IMG/VR virus record: IMGVR_UViG_3300036987_000310
Span: 312,675 to 376,674 of that record
Source: a virus
Lineage: Duplodnaviria > Caudoviricetes
Strand: one strand, 5' to 3'
Length of the DNA: 64,000 nt
Position 1 is the stretch's first letter, and every line of letters starts with the position of its first letter. Positions 1 to 10,402 of this stretch are shown here, piece after piece. The notes below the pieces were generated by a model. The model was not told where the DNA came from. It ran no database searches and saw nothing but the letters and a program-made list of their open reading frames with translations. The position numbers and the translations under genes were made by a program.

Positions 1-1
1 A

Positions 2-421
2 TCTGACTTGAAAAAGGTTCCTCAAGTCGGAGCTAGACTTGCGCGCTATGACGGCGTTCAGGGTTTGTTTTTTATCGACCCGACAGCCTACGTCGATTAT
101 GGGCGAGGATGCGCTACTGGAGCAAAACACTTCCGGAAGCAGGGAGCTGAAAACGTTCTTGTTGGGGACTCTTGCGTTGGATGTTCAATGCAAACAGCCC
201 CTGGGTGGTGTTCAAAGTATTCGAAGTCACTGGTTCGAAAAATTCCTGACGCAGTCATTGTTGCAGCAGAGGACCTTCGAAAAATTACTGTTCCTGTTGA
301 CAACACCCCTGTTGAAAACCCGGTTGATAAATATGAACTTTCTTCCAGCATAACTGTCGAACCAAACAAGAAGATTTTCATGCCGGTCGTCAACTTTGCG
401 GACCGAAGTGTGACCAAATGA
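2..421 (+). CDS. Hypothetical Cys-rich protein, 5' partial
   Basis: Frame is open from the window edge (tct gac ttg...); CVGC..WC motif; same strand as the terminase module. Confidence 0.6.
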   Translation, partial: SDLKKVPQVGARLARYDGVQGLFFIDPTAYVDYGRGCATGAKHFRKQGAENVLVGDSCVGCSMQTAPGWCSKYSKSLVRKIPDAVIVAAEDLRKITVPVDNTPVENPVDKYELSSSITVEPNKKIFMPVVNFADRSVTK

Positions 422-442
422 CATAGGTACAGTTTTGTACCT

Positions 443-1045
443 ATGGACGATGACACAAAGCCGCCTTTTGACGACGAGGGCGCAAACAGCAAAAATGGAA
501 ACGGCCACCTCATAGTTTTTCCCGGTGGGAAGACTATGAACCCGAAGGACGTAGGAGCGGACTTCGTCGTTGGCGGGTCTGGGCAAGTCCCTACTGGAGA
601 GCTTCTTGACCCTGCAGACGTCAAGGCGAGTTTGCGCGATCGCGTATCTTATGTAAAAAGCCAACCCCTTGTGAAAGCAATGGCCGAGGGAGCTTCTTCC
701 GTGGCCATGGACACGCTTCTGCTGGAAATAGCAGAAGAAATATCCCACTTGAAGTGGGAGCGCAGGGAAGCGGCAAAGAGCGGAAGAAGCACGGCACAGC
801 ACACGGTTGCCAGAATAAACGGGCTTAGGGCGTTGGCTGAGACGCTAATACGTCGAAAAGAAGCAGCCATCGCCGAAAATTTAGATCTGAAGTCTCCTCG
901 GCTACAAAAGATTTTTAAAGTATGGATGCAGTTTTTCTATGAAGCCATGGAAAAGTCTGACGTTCCACCAGAAATCATAAATGTTGTTTTCCAGCAAATG
1001 AAGGCCGACATGATTGGATGGGAAAGGCGTATGGAGGCAGAATGA
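443..1045 (+). CDS. Hypothetical helical protein, possible terminase small subunit
   Basis: 200 aa, helical, two genes upstream of TerL; the function call is positional only. Confidence 0.35.
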   Translation: MDDDTKPPFDDEGANSKNGNGHLIVFPGGKTMNPKDVGADFVVGGSGQVPTGELLDPADVKASLRDRVSYVKSQPLVKAMAEGASSVAMDTLLLEIAEEISHLKWERREAAKSGRSTAQHTVARINGLRALAETLIRRKEAAIAENLDLKSPRLQKIFKVWMQFFYEAMEKSDVPPEIINVVFQQMKADMIGWERRMEAE

Positions 1046-1263
1046 TCGGGTCTATTGGCGTATCTTATGATATTGTTAAATCCCTGATCTCTGATTCGGT
1101 TTTTCAGATCCAGGCTGAAGAAGATCGCAGGATCTTTGAAGCTTTGGACGCGGCGTGTCTCCACAGCAACGATGGACTCGGGGTGTGTACTAAATGTTTT
1201 CTTCCGTTTATTTGTGGGGAATCATGTTTGATGTCCGACATTATGTACATCATGGACTCGTGA
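1042..1263 (+). CDS. Small CxxC protein with C-terminal tag (..SDIMYIMDS)
   Basis: ATGA overlap with upstream stop at 1042-1045; CTKC motif; tag shared with 12 other ORFs. Confidence 0.65.
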   Translation: MIGSIGVSYDIVKSLISDSVFQIQAEEDRRIFEALDAACLHSNDGLGVCTKCFLPFICGESCLMSDIMYIMDS

Positions 1264-1406
1264 TTCACAAGTCAATACCTGATCAAGCAGGTTGTGGCAT
1301 TGTTTGTACAAACGAGAAAGTTTTTCTTGGATTTTAGGGTTAGTTTCAATCACCCGTGGTGGCAGATATCTCGTTTTTCTGGTCTCCGAAATCGTGAAAT
1401 GTTGAC

Positions 1407-4400
1407 ATGCCTAGCACAGAAAAGAAGCAAAAGAGCGAACTTGTTAGCGTCATAGACAGCTTCTTGGACGAGAAGCAGGCTGGAAAAGATGAAAACAAGG
1501 TTGAGTTTCTATCAATAATAGATTTCATCGAAAGGTTCAAGCTTCTTCCAGATGGTCTTTTTCCGGTTCAAAAATTCATTCTGAAGTTATACTATAACAT
1601 ACCGCTGGACGACAAAGAAAAAACAATTAAAATAACTGACAGGTTCAACGTCAAAGTTCTTTACGAGTTCACTGAAGTAGAATATCTGGAATTCCTTCAT
1701 GACCAGGGAAGATGCAATATAAAAGCTCAGGACTCACATGTTAGACATGAACTGATTCTGGTTTTGGGGCGCAGGTCTGGTAAGTCCACTCTTAGCGCCA
1801 TCATATCCGCATACGAGCTGTACAAGCTTTTGCGTCGAGTGTGTCCTCAGGCGTTTTACGGCATACCAGTTAATAGCGAAATCCGAGTCCTTTGCATAGC
1901 AAACGACAAAGAGCAAGCGTCCATTGTTTACGGGGACATGGCTGGGTATGTTGATAATGTGGACTATTTCAAATCGTCCATGACAAATCAGACTCAGACG
2001 TTCATGAGGTTTCAGACCGATCAGGACAGGAAAAAATATGGTAAAAACGGCAGGTCAACCATTGCGGCCACTTTCAAAAGTTCAATAGCTAAAGGTCTTC
2101 GTGGACGCGGAATTATATGTTATGTTCTTGACGAAATAGCATTTTTTGTGGACGATGGTAAATGTGTGAAGTTGTCTAGTCTGGTGCGGACATCAGATGG
2201 TTTGCGCACCTTCGATGAAATCTTGGACACCAATAACGTGGACAGGTCCAAGACCGGATGGACTAGTATTCGTCCTATCGAGGTACTTCAGGAGTTAGGA
2301 CACACAGCTGTCGCCACCCGAGTCTATTACGGTGGTAGGCAGATGGTCAGAAGCGTTGTTACCAAGTCGCGCTATAATATAGATCCGACGCCTCAGCACA
2401 GACTGAAGGTGATGTCGGCTAGCGGCAATATCGAATGGAAGTATGTGAGAGATATCCAGGTAGGCGACTACGTTGGTATCAATCGATCTGCGCGAATTTG
2501 GCCTGGTAGATACGTATGCTGTTCGGAAGTTCATCGGGCCAAGAATGTGAGGTGTACGCAAGTAGCTAGGATTCCTGAGTTCTTGGATGATAAACTTGGC
2601 GAGTTCTTGGGGGTGCTAGTCGGAGACGGTACTTGGTGTTCTGGGGAAGATGACAACCTTGTGCAAGTCACTGGTGGGTGCGAGCAGTTTCTGCCGTTTG
2701 TACAGGAGCACTTTGCTAGATATTTTGACACTTTTCGAATCCACCATAAACCACCACATGAGCATAACACTTGCGAAGTGTCTCCGTGGTCGGTTACCAA
2801 GTGCTCGCAGCCGTTCAGGACCTTTTTGGACAGTCTGGGCTATCGCTTCGATGTGACCAAAAGCACAAAGTCCGTGCCATGGGTCATCTTCCAGAGCCCG
2901 AAATCGGTTGTGGCGGCATTTCTTAGAGGATTGTTTGAGACTGATGGTGGGTGTGAGCAGGGCGGCAGAACTGTCACGTTAGCGTCCGCCAGCGAGCAGT
3001 TGATGCGTGAGGTGCAGCTGCTTCTGCTGGATTTTGGCATCACTGCTAGTCGATATAGCAAATGGAATCGCAAATATCAGCGAACATACCACTACGTTCG
3101 CCTGATCGGGTATGAATCGCGCAAGATATTCGCGCGCGAGATCGGGTTCATAACTCCAAGGAAGCAGGCTGAATTGGCCATGGGGGTGCAGTCTGGCCGT
3201 GACGCGTCCAATATAATCCCCAATCAGACAGAGCGTCTGCGGAGGATCCTGCTGTCGGTGCCGAAAGCGACGACGCTGAGCCGAGGAAATGATGCCAGAA
3301 CGCGCATGATACGGCTTTGTTCCAGTTCTGCCAATCCGAAGCGGCGCAGCTCCATATCGTATGGCTTGGCTCGTCGCTTTGTGGACCTCGGTCGTAAGCT
3401 TGGGGCCGACATGAAGGCCTTGGCGGAACTCGATCACATCTGCCGCACGAATTATTACTGGGACAAGGTTGTCTCCGTGTCTGATAACGAAGCAGATGTT
3501 GCAGACTTACTGGTCCCGGATGGGCATGAATACGTCGCCCAGGGCATGACGAACCACAACTCGTCGGCGGAACAAATATATAGAGCCATCAATCCATCCA
3601 TAGCTCAGTTTTCTCCAAAAGATCCGAAGAACAAACACAAAGCGGTTGGTCCGTCTGATGGGCGAGCTATCATGATCTCGTCCCCAGACGCTAGAGATGG
3701 GTTCTTCTATAGACATTATCAGTTATCTCTTAGCGGAGGGCCTGCTTCAAAAAACATACTTATGATTCAGGCCCCCACTTGGGAAGTAAACCCCACTCTC
3801 GACAAAAGTTATTATGAAGTCGAGTTCAGCAAAGATCCGAAGTCGTTTACCACAGAGCATGGCGCGGAATTTTCTGACCGCGTTCGCGGATGGATAGAGG
3901 ACTCGAACGACTTGCTGGAATGTGTGAACCCTGAGCTAAAACCGATCATAAGGGGAGGCCCTCGAGAGCTTTTCTGGGCTGGAGTGGACTTCGGAATCGT
4001 AAGAGACGGAACTGCAATAGCACTTGTTCACTTTGTGAACGGAAAAATTGAACTGGCATACCACGAAGTTTGGTATGCTGGAAAAAATTGGAACGAGTCA
4101 AATCCACACCTGACTGTTCCGCTCACTGAGTATGCAAGAACGTTAAAGAGCGTTTCGCGTCTTGACATGTCTGAAATTTCTGAGTGGTTTCGCGTCTTGT
4201 CGACAAGATTCTATATTGAAAAGGGGATTTTTGATCAGTGGGCTGGTCCAATTTTTGAACAAGAACTGCACAAACGCGGGCTGAAGCAGTTTGAAATGAA
4301 AAACTTTTCTGTATCCGATTCGTCCCATGCTTATCACATGGCCAAAATGTGCATGTTTGGGCGTCAGTTAAGTATATACAATTATCCAATTTCTACTCAC

Positions 4401-4730
4401 ATTGTTACAGATTCCACGATGTTGAAACATTCTCCATTGGTGTCTGAGTTGTTGGAGCTTCAGGCGACATCTGGTGGGAAAAACATAACGATTGTTGAAG
4501 CGCCAAAAGTTGCTGGGAAACATGACGACATGTCTGACGCTTTTGTTCGTGGGGTCATGTTGGCTGTTGAATATGTGAAGAGTCATCCCGGGGTGTTGGA
4601 AACGAGCATGCGACATATTGTTTCTCCTGTGCAGCAAGCTCCAATGCCAGGGTCATATCATAGATACCACAGCATGCGGAAAAGAATGCACGGGGTTCCA
4701 GATCGTTTGCGAGACCCAAGCAGAAGATAG
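1407..4730 (+). CDS. terL: Terminase large subunit, intein-containing
   Basis: Walker A LGRRSGKS, Walker B YVLDEIAFF, RNase H-like nuclease motifs GVDFG and KHDDMSDA; upstream of portal. Confidence 0.93.
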   Translation: MPSTEKKQKSELVSVIDSFLDEKQAGKDENKVEFLSIIDFIERFKLLPDGLFPVQKFILKLYYNIPLDDKEKTIKITDRFNVKVLYEFTEVEYLEFLHDQGRCNIKAQDSHVRHELILVLGRRSGKSTLSAIISAYELYKLLRRVCPQAFYGIPVNSEIRVLCIANDKEQASIVYGDMAGYVDNVDYFKSSMTNQTQTFMRFQTDQDRKKYGKNGRSTIAATFKSSIAKGLRGRGIICYVLDEIAFFVDDGKCVKLSSLVRTSDGLRTFDEILDTNNVDRSKTGWTSIRPIEVLQELGHTAVATRVYYGGRQMVRSVVTKSRYNIDPTPQHRLKVMSASGNIEWKYVRDIQVGDYVGINRSARIWPGRYVCCSEVHRAKNVRCTQVARIPEFLDDKLGEFLGVLVGDGTWCSGEDDNLVQVTGGCEQFLPFVQEHFARYFDTFRIHHKPPHEHNTCEVSPWSVTKCSQPFRTFLDSLGYRFDVTKSTKSVPWVIFQSPKSVVAAFLRGLFETDGGCEQGGRTVTLASASEQLMREVQLLLLDFGITASRYSKWNRKYQRTYHYVRLIGYESRKIFAREIGFITPRKQAELAMGVQSGRDASNIIPNQTERLRRILLSVPKATTLSRGNDARTRMIRLCSSSANPKRRSSISYGLARRFVDLGRKLGADMKALAELDHICRTNYYWDKVVSVSDNEADVADLLVPDGHEYVAQGMTNHNSSAEQIYRAINPSIAQFSPKDPKNKHKAVGPSDGRAIMISSPDARDGFFYRHYQLSLSGGPASKNILMIQAPTWEVNPTLDKSYYEVEFSKDPKSFTTEHGAEFSDRVRGWIEDSNDLLECVNPELKPIIRGGPRELFWAGVDFGIVRDGTAIALVHFVNGKIELAYHEVWYAGKNWNESNPHLTVPLTEYARTLKSVSRLDMSEISEWFRVLSTRFYIEKGIFDQWAGPIFEQELHKRGLKQFEMKNFSVSDSSHAYHMAKMCMFGRQLSIYNYPISTHIVTDSTMLKHSPLVSELLELQATSGGKNITIVEAPKVAGKHDDMSDAFVRGVMLAVEYVKSHPGVLETSMRHIVSPVQQAPMPGSYHRYHSMRKRMHGVPDRLRDPSRR
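2163..3560 (+). mobile_element. Intein (466 aa) with LAGLIDADG homing endonuclease
   Basis: Begins Cys (CVKLSSLV), ends THN followed by Ser+1; LAGLIDADG blocks FLGVLVGDG and FLRGLFETDG; inserted just after Walker B. Confidence 0.93.
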
Positions 4731-4754
4731 CCCTGTTATCGAGGCAGTGTTTCC

Positions 4755-5021
4755 GTGAGTGTTGGAATCAAAGACACGACTGCGTGGCGCGTCATCGAAC
4801 AGATCCTCAAACATGTTTGGGGGCCCGGGGAGGAAATGAACGATGACGAAGCTTATGCAGTTTGCAAAATGTTTTGGAGATCCGGAGGATCTTGGAAACA
4901 ACTTGTTGAAGGAGATCCCGAACACGTAAGCATTCTTGAAGAGTGCATAAACAATGTGATCAGTGCCAGGAAGCTCAAAAAGATAGCTTTAAAGATCGCA
5001 AAGACGTTGGGTAACGTTTAA
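4755..5021 (+). CDS. Hypothetical protein
   Basis: GTG start, 88 aa, fills the gap between terL and the next gene. Confidence 0.6.
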   Translation: MSVGIKDTTAWRVIEQILKHVWGPGEEMNDDEAYAVCKMFWRSGGSWKQLVEGDPEHVSILEECINNVISARKLKKIALKIAKTLGNV

Positions 5022-5022
5022 C

Positions 5023-5370
5023 ATGCCAAGCGACGCCATCAAAGAAGCTCCGGAGTCTGCAAAATATGACGAAGAAGCCTTGAAACGTGTTTTTGCCGCA
5101 TACTCAGAAGTAATTGGAAAAATAGCAGAGGCGTCGGCGTCTTTGAAACAAGCGTCGGAAAAAATCGTGGCTGTCAATAAAGCGATTCAAGCCGCGGACC
5201 ACTTGGGGGGTTTAAACTTGACGCGAAAGCTTCGCATAAAGATTGTTTTGGGAGTCGTTTTTCCAGCCCATCAGCACCTGGATCGCTTGCTAGCTAGAAT
5301 GAAAGCGTGCGCGTCCTCAAAGGACGACATCCTGTCTGAAGTCGATCGTCCTAGACCGGCATTTGAGTGA
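5023..5370 (+). CDS. Hypothetical coiled-coil protein
   Basis: 115 aa, tightly packed before portal. Confidence 0.6.
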   Translation: MPSDAIKEAPESAKYDEEALKRVFAAYSEVIGKIAEASASLKQASEKIVAVNKAIQAADHLGGLNLTRKLRIKIVLGVVFPAHQHLDRLLARMKACASSKDDILSEVDRPRPAFE

Positions 5371-5378
5371 GCTAGACC

Positions 5379-7169
5379 ATGGCAAGTAAGAAAGTTGGAG
5401 TAAAACCAGGTCAGATTAGCGGAAAGATCACGCGCGTGGACAAGCAGAACGCTGTCCGTACGCCTCTTACCAAACTGGAAAAGCAAGCCCGTCGCGAAGC
5501 AAAAAGTCAGTCCATCAGAGTTGCTGCATACTATGGGGACATGGGCAATGCCGGGTCCATGGCAATATCTGAGGCAAATCAGAATTTCTACAGTCCTCAG
5601 CTTTCCACTGACTTTCTTGAACTTCCTCAGTCAGAAAGAGAAAAGCGAGAACTTCTTAGATTTTGGTATTCGACTCATCCCATCATTGGAGCGGCCATCG
5701 ACTTCCACACCGATGTTCCGATGTCCAAGATACGTTTGGCAGCCCCTAAAGGTAAGGACACGACTAGGAATAAACAAATTCTGCACTTCTATGAAAAAAT
5801 GTGCAGAAGGCTGCGTCTTTTCCAAACCCTATACGATGTGACGCATGAGTATTGGCTTCATGGGAATGTGTTTATTTTTTGCGAGGACCACGATCTTTCC
5901 GGAGAGGTTCCGGAAAGCTTAACATCGGACATAGAGATAAGTTTTGACTCAAACGAAGAATCTGACCAGGAAAATCAGGAAGAGAAGCGTGAAGGCCTCC
6001 TCAAGAAAATAAGGGAGGAAAGGTCAATATCTATACAAAAGTTTGTGGAAAAAGACTACGACGGGTGGCAACGTCTTCAAATCCTTCCGCCCGAGCAGGT
6101 GAAGCTGGAAATATTCCAGTATACAAATCGTGTTCAAATGGAGCTAATACCCAGTGAAAAAGACAGACTCGCTGTGTTGAAAGCTCAAGAACAAAACGAC
6201 CCTGATTCGCAGAAAATTGCTGAAGGTATCCCAGAGCAAATTAGGGAAAACTTGTTGAGCGGCCAACCCATTCCACTAAACACGACTCCATATGATGATT
6301 TTCTCTGTTCGTCATTTTGTTATCACTTGTCTCATAAGAGAAGCCCATACGACGACAGAGGCGTTTCCATACTGGAGAGGTGTCTTCGCACGCTTCTGTA
6401 TCAAGACAAGTTGCGACAGGCTCAAACGTCCATTGCTTCCAGGGCCATGACCCCAAAGCGCATAATCTGGGGCGACAAAATGTCCCAGCCGGACGTTGAC
6501 GATCTGAGAGATCAAATAGACCAGGCTCTAATAGACCCTGATTTCACAATCATTACGAACTTTGAGGTTCACTGGGACGAAGTAGGAGCCCGCGACAGGC
6601 TTCTTGACCTAGGGACCGAGTATGAAATAACGAACAAACTGTTATTCATCGGGCTCCGCATAACCGAGTCTATGTTGACTGGAGAGTCCACATACTCGGG
6701 AGAGCGGATTCACCTGGACGTCATGAACACGATGTATTTGCTATATCGTGAAACATTGGCGGATTTCGTTGAGCAGTATTTGTTTGCTCCCGTCGCGGAA
6801 AAGAAGGGGTTCTGGGAGGAGGACGAATATGGAAACAAAAATCTTCTTTTCCCTAGGCTTCAATTCACTCGGTTGGCTCTTCGAGACAATACAGAGATGC
6901 AAGACTTTATGTTCAACTTATATCAGAAGGGGTCGATGCCCATCGACTACATTTATGACCTGTTGAACATCGATTCTGAGGATGCTCACCTCCTTCTCGA
7001 TCGAGACATGTTCACTGCTAAGGATTCAACCTTCAACGAAATCACCAGAGCTCTGTACTCTCGCATCGGGGAAAATATGGCTGATAAAACAGACGCTATG
7101 GAGAGGGTTGCAAAAAACATGGGGCTTAACGTGACAGATGAAGATGGGGACCGTTTCGGAAAAGAATGA
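5379..7169 (+). CDS. Portal protein
   Basis: 596 aa downstream of terL; portal-like segments (IDFHTDVP, YWLHGNVF, RGVSILER, PKRIIW) and helical composition. Confidence 0.8.
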   Translation: MASKKVGVKPGQISGKITRVDKQNAVRTPLTKLEKQARREAKSQSIRVAAYYGDMGNAGSMAISEANQNFYSPQLSTDFLELPQSEREKRELLRFWYSTHPIIGAAIDFHTDVPMSKIRLAAPKGKDTTRNKQILHFYEKMCRRLRLFQTLYDVTHEYWLHGNVFIFCEDHDLSGEVPESLTSDIEISFDSNEESDQENQEEKREGLLKKIREERSISIQKFVEKDYDGWQRLQILPPEQVKLEIFQYTNRVQMELIPSEKDRLAVLKAQEQNDPDSQKIAEGIPEQIRENLLSGQPIPLNTTPYDDFLCSSFCYHLSHKRSPYDDRGVSILERCLRTLLYQDKLRQAQTSIASRAMTPKRIIWGDKMSQPDVDDLRDQIDQALIDPDFTIITNFEVHWDEVGARDRLLDLGTEYEITNKLLFIGLRITESMLTGESTYSGERIHLDVMNTMYLLYRETLADFVEQYLFAPVAEKKGFWEEDEYGNKNLLFPRLQFTRLALRDNTEMQDFMFNLYQKGSMPIDYIYDLLNIDSEDAHLLLDRDMFTAKDSTFNEITRALYSRIGENMADKTDAMERVAKNMGLNVTDEDGDRFGKE

Positions 7170-7197
7170 ACTTTCCTAGATAGGCTTTGAATGCACC

Positions 7198-9825
7198 ATG
7201 TCCATATTCATGGACATCTACGAGTCATTCATATCAACTTTCTCTTCTGTTCATACTGGGAAAGACCAGTATGAACATGAAGAGGCTGACGTTGAAGAGC
7301 ATATGACGGGACATAGGGACAGGCCCCACAGTCGCGATAACGCTGGGGTTGGGCTTCCTGCTACGTGGAACCGTAGAAAGCGCATACGCCAGAACGATTC
7401 GGACTCCCCCATGCCGGTGGAAGACGACAAAGATTTGTCTTTAAACTACAAAAGTTCTGCCGGAAAGAAAAAATCCGACAAACAAAGGAAAAACCCCGGG
7501 GGGTCCAACGCTTCATCTAGAGTTTCAAATCTTGAGAAACGGTTGGGAAAAATAAGCCCGAAATTCTCTGAAGCTTTTCAGAAAATTGATGCCGAAAAGC
7601 TATACTCTTTAGCCAAGTCTGATCCGTCGAAGTGTTTGTTCATATTAAACGAGAATGAGAAAAGCATAAACGAGGCAGCTTCCAGATATCATGAGCTCTT
7701 TTCTACTGGAAAAAATCTTCCCGATGTCATATCAGAAGCTTGGGGGAAAGCTAACAACGTCTATATTCGAGCTGGAATGGTTGAAGCTTTGCGCAAAGCA
7801 GCCATGGGGGTAAAACTTCCAGACTCGATCAAAGTTCCCATAATGAACTCTAGAGGAAGTAGGATCGGGGACTTATCTTCGATAAAAGCGATACTGAAAC
7901 CGAGAGAAAAGGTGTCGAAACTTCCCCAGGCTGATGTGGAGAAGCTGGTTTCTTTGGCGACGGCGTATAAATCTTTGTCGTTCAATCCGACGAGCATATC
8001 CCCAAATCAGGTTAAAGATGAGAAGTCATACAAAATAATTTTGAAACAGGTACAAGCGCTGTCGGATTTGGCGGCGATCACTTCTGCTTGGCACGGGGTT
8101 CTTTCCCAGTTCAAATCGGATGAATCCGGAAACATAGACATAAGCGAGGGAAACTGGGATGCCGTGCTTGGGAAGATAGACAGTTTTCTTCACAGATCTT
8201 CAACCCCATTGGTGGATTCAGACAAATATTTCAGCGAGATAGCTGAACAGATGAGAGAAAAATACGGGAACATTCCACCAGAGATGGAAGCCGTTCTGGA
8301 AGGATATGGAGCGAAGATTGGGAAGAAAAACTCTGACCAACCAGGTCGCTCGGATGAATATGAGGGAGAAGAATTCTCTGATAAGCAAAAGGAGAAAAGC
8401 CACTGGGACAAGGCTGTTGAAGAGGCGGAAAAAGATTTCTCCGACAAGAAACCCTCATGGTTGACTCGAGCTTATGAAGACGAGGTTGTGGAGGGAGCGA
8501 GAAAGGAACTCTCTGATAAGCAAAAAGAGAGGGAACGTCGAAAAGAAGAACAGGCCAAAAAATCTAAGAAGAACTCTCCTGTAAAACAGAACGAACACCA
8601 GACAGGTCAGCATGACAAGAATGTGGGGGAGGCGAGAAAAGGCCCCGGTGGTGAAGAAAAGCCAGATAATCGAGCAGAGGATAATGCTCTTGTGGCCGCT
8701 GGGGGTGATTCCGACCAGGGTGCGACCGAGTTTCCGTCAGCAGCTTCTAATAAAACAGTTTGTCGCAGAATGATAAATAAGTCAGCAACCTACCATGGCG
8801 TGGTTTGTCAGGGCCACCCGACAGATCCGGCAGGGTCTTCTCCGAAAACTTATGACAAAAGGTACTTCGGGAAGAAGCATTATGACTCGATCCTAGCCTG
8901 CGCTAAAGATTTTCTGAAACAAGATTGGCTGAAGTATGGATGGGGAGAAACTCCCGGGGATGTCCCGACAAGAGCAGCTCTCGATTTGGCCATACACACG
9001 GCCGATGATGGGTTATATCAGTCAAAAATCGACTCCATGACTTACAACATGTTGTTGAACAAATTGGCTGGTTGGGACTTTGATGTCTTTAACGAAACGC
9101 TTTTCGCCAAATCGGAAACTAGAAAGGCTTCAGTCATGGTCAGGAACTCTTCAGCCCAAGAAATTTTGAAGATTGCAGACAGTCTGCGATCCGCCCATCC
9201 TGATTTGTCGATTCAGATCATCAAAAATGTTCATGCGATCATGCGGGCTGCGGCAGAGTCTCAAGACCAAGGTCAGGCCTTTAGGCAAAGAGAAGAAAAG
9301 GATTTGGAATCCAAACTTACTTCTGTGCTTGAAGAGTTTGGAATGCCGAAGGGTCCGGAGCTGAGCCGTCTTATTAATGACGTTCTTGCTGAGATCGATA
9401 AGATTGATAAGCCAAAATCTGGAGAAAAGGTTTCTTCGGTTTCAAGGGCAAGAGTTTTCCAGGCCTTTATTCGAGTGGCTTTTGAAAAGCCAGAGTACAG
9501 GAAGCATGTTCCTGTTGTTCTGGCTGCCATTAAGAAGGATAAGTCCAAGGCCGACAAAGCCAAGGCCGACAAAGCCAAGGCCGACAAAGCCAAGGCCGAC
9601 AAAGCCAAGGCCGACAAAGCCAAGGCCGACAAAGCCAAGTCTGAAAAAGCTAAGGCCGACAAAGCTAAGGTCGACAAAGCTAAGGCCGACAAAGCTAAGT
9701 CTGAAAAGCCTTCGGCTAAAGAGAAGAAGTCCGATAAGTCCGATAAGTCCGACAAGTCCAAGAAGACCACCTCCAAAAAGAGGAAGGCCGGGGTCGTTTT
9801 GGCATCAAGCGACATTAACTGGTAA
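7198..9825 (+). CDS. Large low-complexity putative internal head protein with Lys/Ala-rich tail
   Basis: 875 aa between portal and protease; IRVAFEKPEYR motif; KADKA repeats; possible internal in-frame start at 8770. Confidence 0.6.
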   Translation: MSIFMDIYESFISTFSSVHTGKDQYEHEEADVEEHMTGHRDRPHSRDNAGVGLPATWNRRKRIRQNDSDSPMPVEDDKDLSLNYKSSAGKKKSDKQRKNPGGSNASSRVSNLEKRLGKISPKFSEAFQKIDAEKLYSLAKSDPSKCLFILNENEKSINEAASRYHELFSTGKNLPDVISEAWGKANNVYIRAGMVEALRKAAMGVKLPDSIKVPIMNSRGSRIGDLSSIKAILKPREKVSKLPQADVEKLVSLATAYKSLSFNPTSISPNQVKDEKSYKIILKQVQALSDLAAITSAWHGVLSQFKSDESGNIDISEGNWDAVLGKIDSFLHRSSTPLVDSDKYFSEIAEQMREKYGNIPPEMEAVLEGYGAKIGKKNSDQPGRSDEYEGEEFSDKQKEKSHWDKAVEEAEKDFSDKKPSWLTRAYEDEVVEGARKELSDKQKERERRKEEQAKKSKKNSPVKQNEHQTGQHDKNVGEARKGPGGEEKPDNRAEDNALVAAGGDSDQGATEFPSAASNKTVCRRMINKSATYHGVVCQGHPTDPAGSSPKTYDKRYFGKKHYDSILACAKDFLKQDWLKYGWGETPGDVPTRAALDLAIHTADDGLYQSKIDSMTYNMLLNKLAGWDFDVFNETLFAKSETRKASVMVRNSSAQEILKIADSLRSAHPDLSIQIIKNVHAIMRAAAESQDQGQAFRQREEKDLESKLTSVLEEFGMPKGPELSRLINDVLAEIDKIDKPKSGEKVSSVSRARVFQAFIRVAFEKPEYRKHVPVVLAAIKKDKSKADKAKADKAKADKAKADKAKADKAKADKAKSEKAKADKAKVDKAKADKAKSEKPSAKEKKSDKSDKSDKSKKTTSKKRKAGVVLASSDINW
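9547..9711 (+). repeat. 15-nt coding tandem repeat (AAGGCCGACAAAGCC; KADKA), 11 units
   Basis: 6 perfect units at 9547-9636 followed by 5 variants. Confidence 0.95.
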
Positions 9826-9867
9826 TACGTCTTCTATGTGAAGAAAAAGGAAGACTTGGAGACAATC

Positions 9868-10362
9868 ATGGAAAAGCGCCTCGCCAACAGGATCCTGACG
9901 AATCTCGAACACACTGCTACTGAACTGGAAAACCTTGCTAAAGCTGGGCACATTGATGCCCGTTTGGCTTCTGATCTTGTTGCAAAGATCGATGGGTTTT
10001 CGGATCAGTTCGAAATCGCAACGTTCGGCCCGGACTCGTTCAAGGCTCGTCAAGCAAGAGTGCTTCAGTCCGACAAGGATGAGCCTTACATGTCCACTTT
10101 CGACAATCCCAATAAGGTGATTCAGTCCGATAAGGATGAGCCCTACATGCACACGGCTCCTGCTGGTTTCAATGCGAAGGCTATTGGAACGTTTGATGTC
10201 GACGCGTCGTCCACTGTCACGGATCGGGACGAGTATAACGTTCGGGACCTGAACCCCCATGCTGGCGGAACAAAAAAGCAGCCGTCTTGGAATGGCGGAC
10301 CTGCTGGAAAAAGCACCCGCCAGGGTTCGTACGATAAGCCGGTAAAAACCTGGGCCCCCTGA
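9868..10362 (+). CDS. Hypothetical protein (putative virion protein)
   Basis: GGAGA SD before ATG 9868; internal duplication QSDKDEPYM x2. Confidence 0.7.
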   Translation: MEKRLANRILTNLEHTATELENLAKAGHIDARLASDLVAKIDGFSDQFEIATFGPDSFKARQARVLQSDKDEPYMSTFDNPNKVIQSDKDEPYMHTAPAGFNAKAIGTFDVDASSTVTDRDEYNVRDLNPHAGGTKKQPSWNGGPAGKSTRQGSYDKPVKTWAP

Positions 10363-10402
10363 GTCAATCCGGTTCTCGGATCAATCGATACAGGAGGATC
10401 AG

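Noticed and set aside
9273-9815. Antisense LALSA-repeat ORF resembling a membrane protein
   Set aside because: Simply the reverse complement of the KADKA repeat
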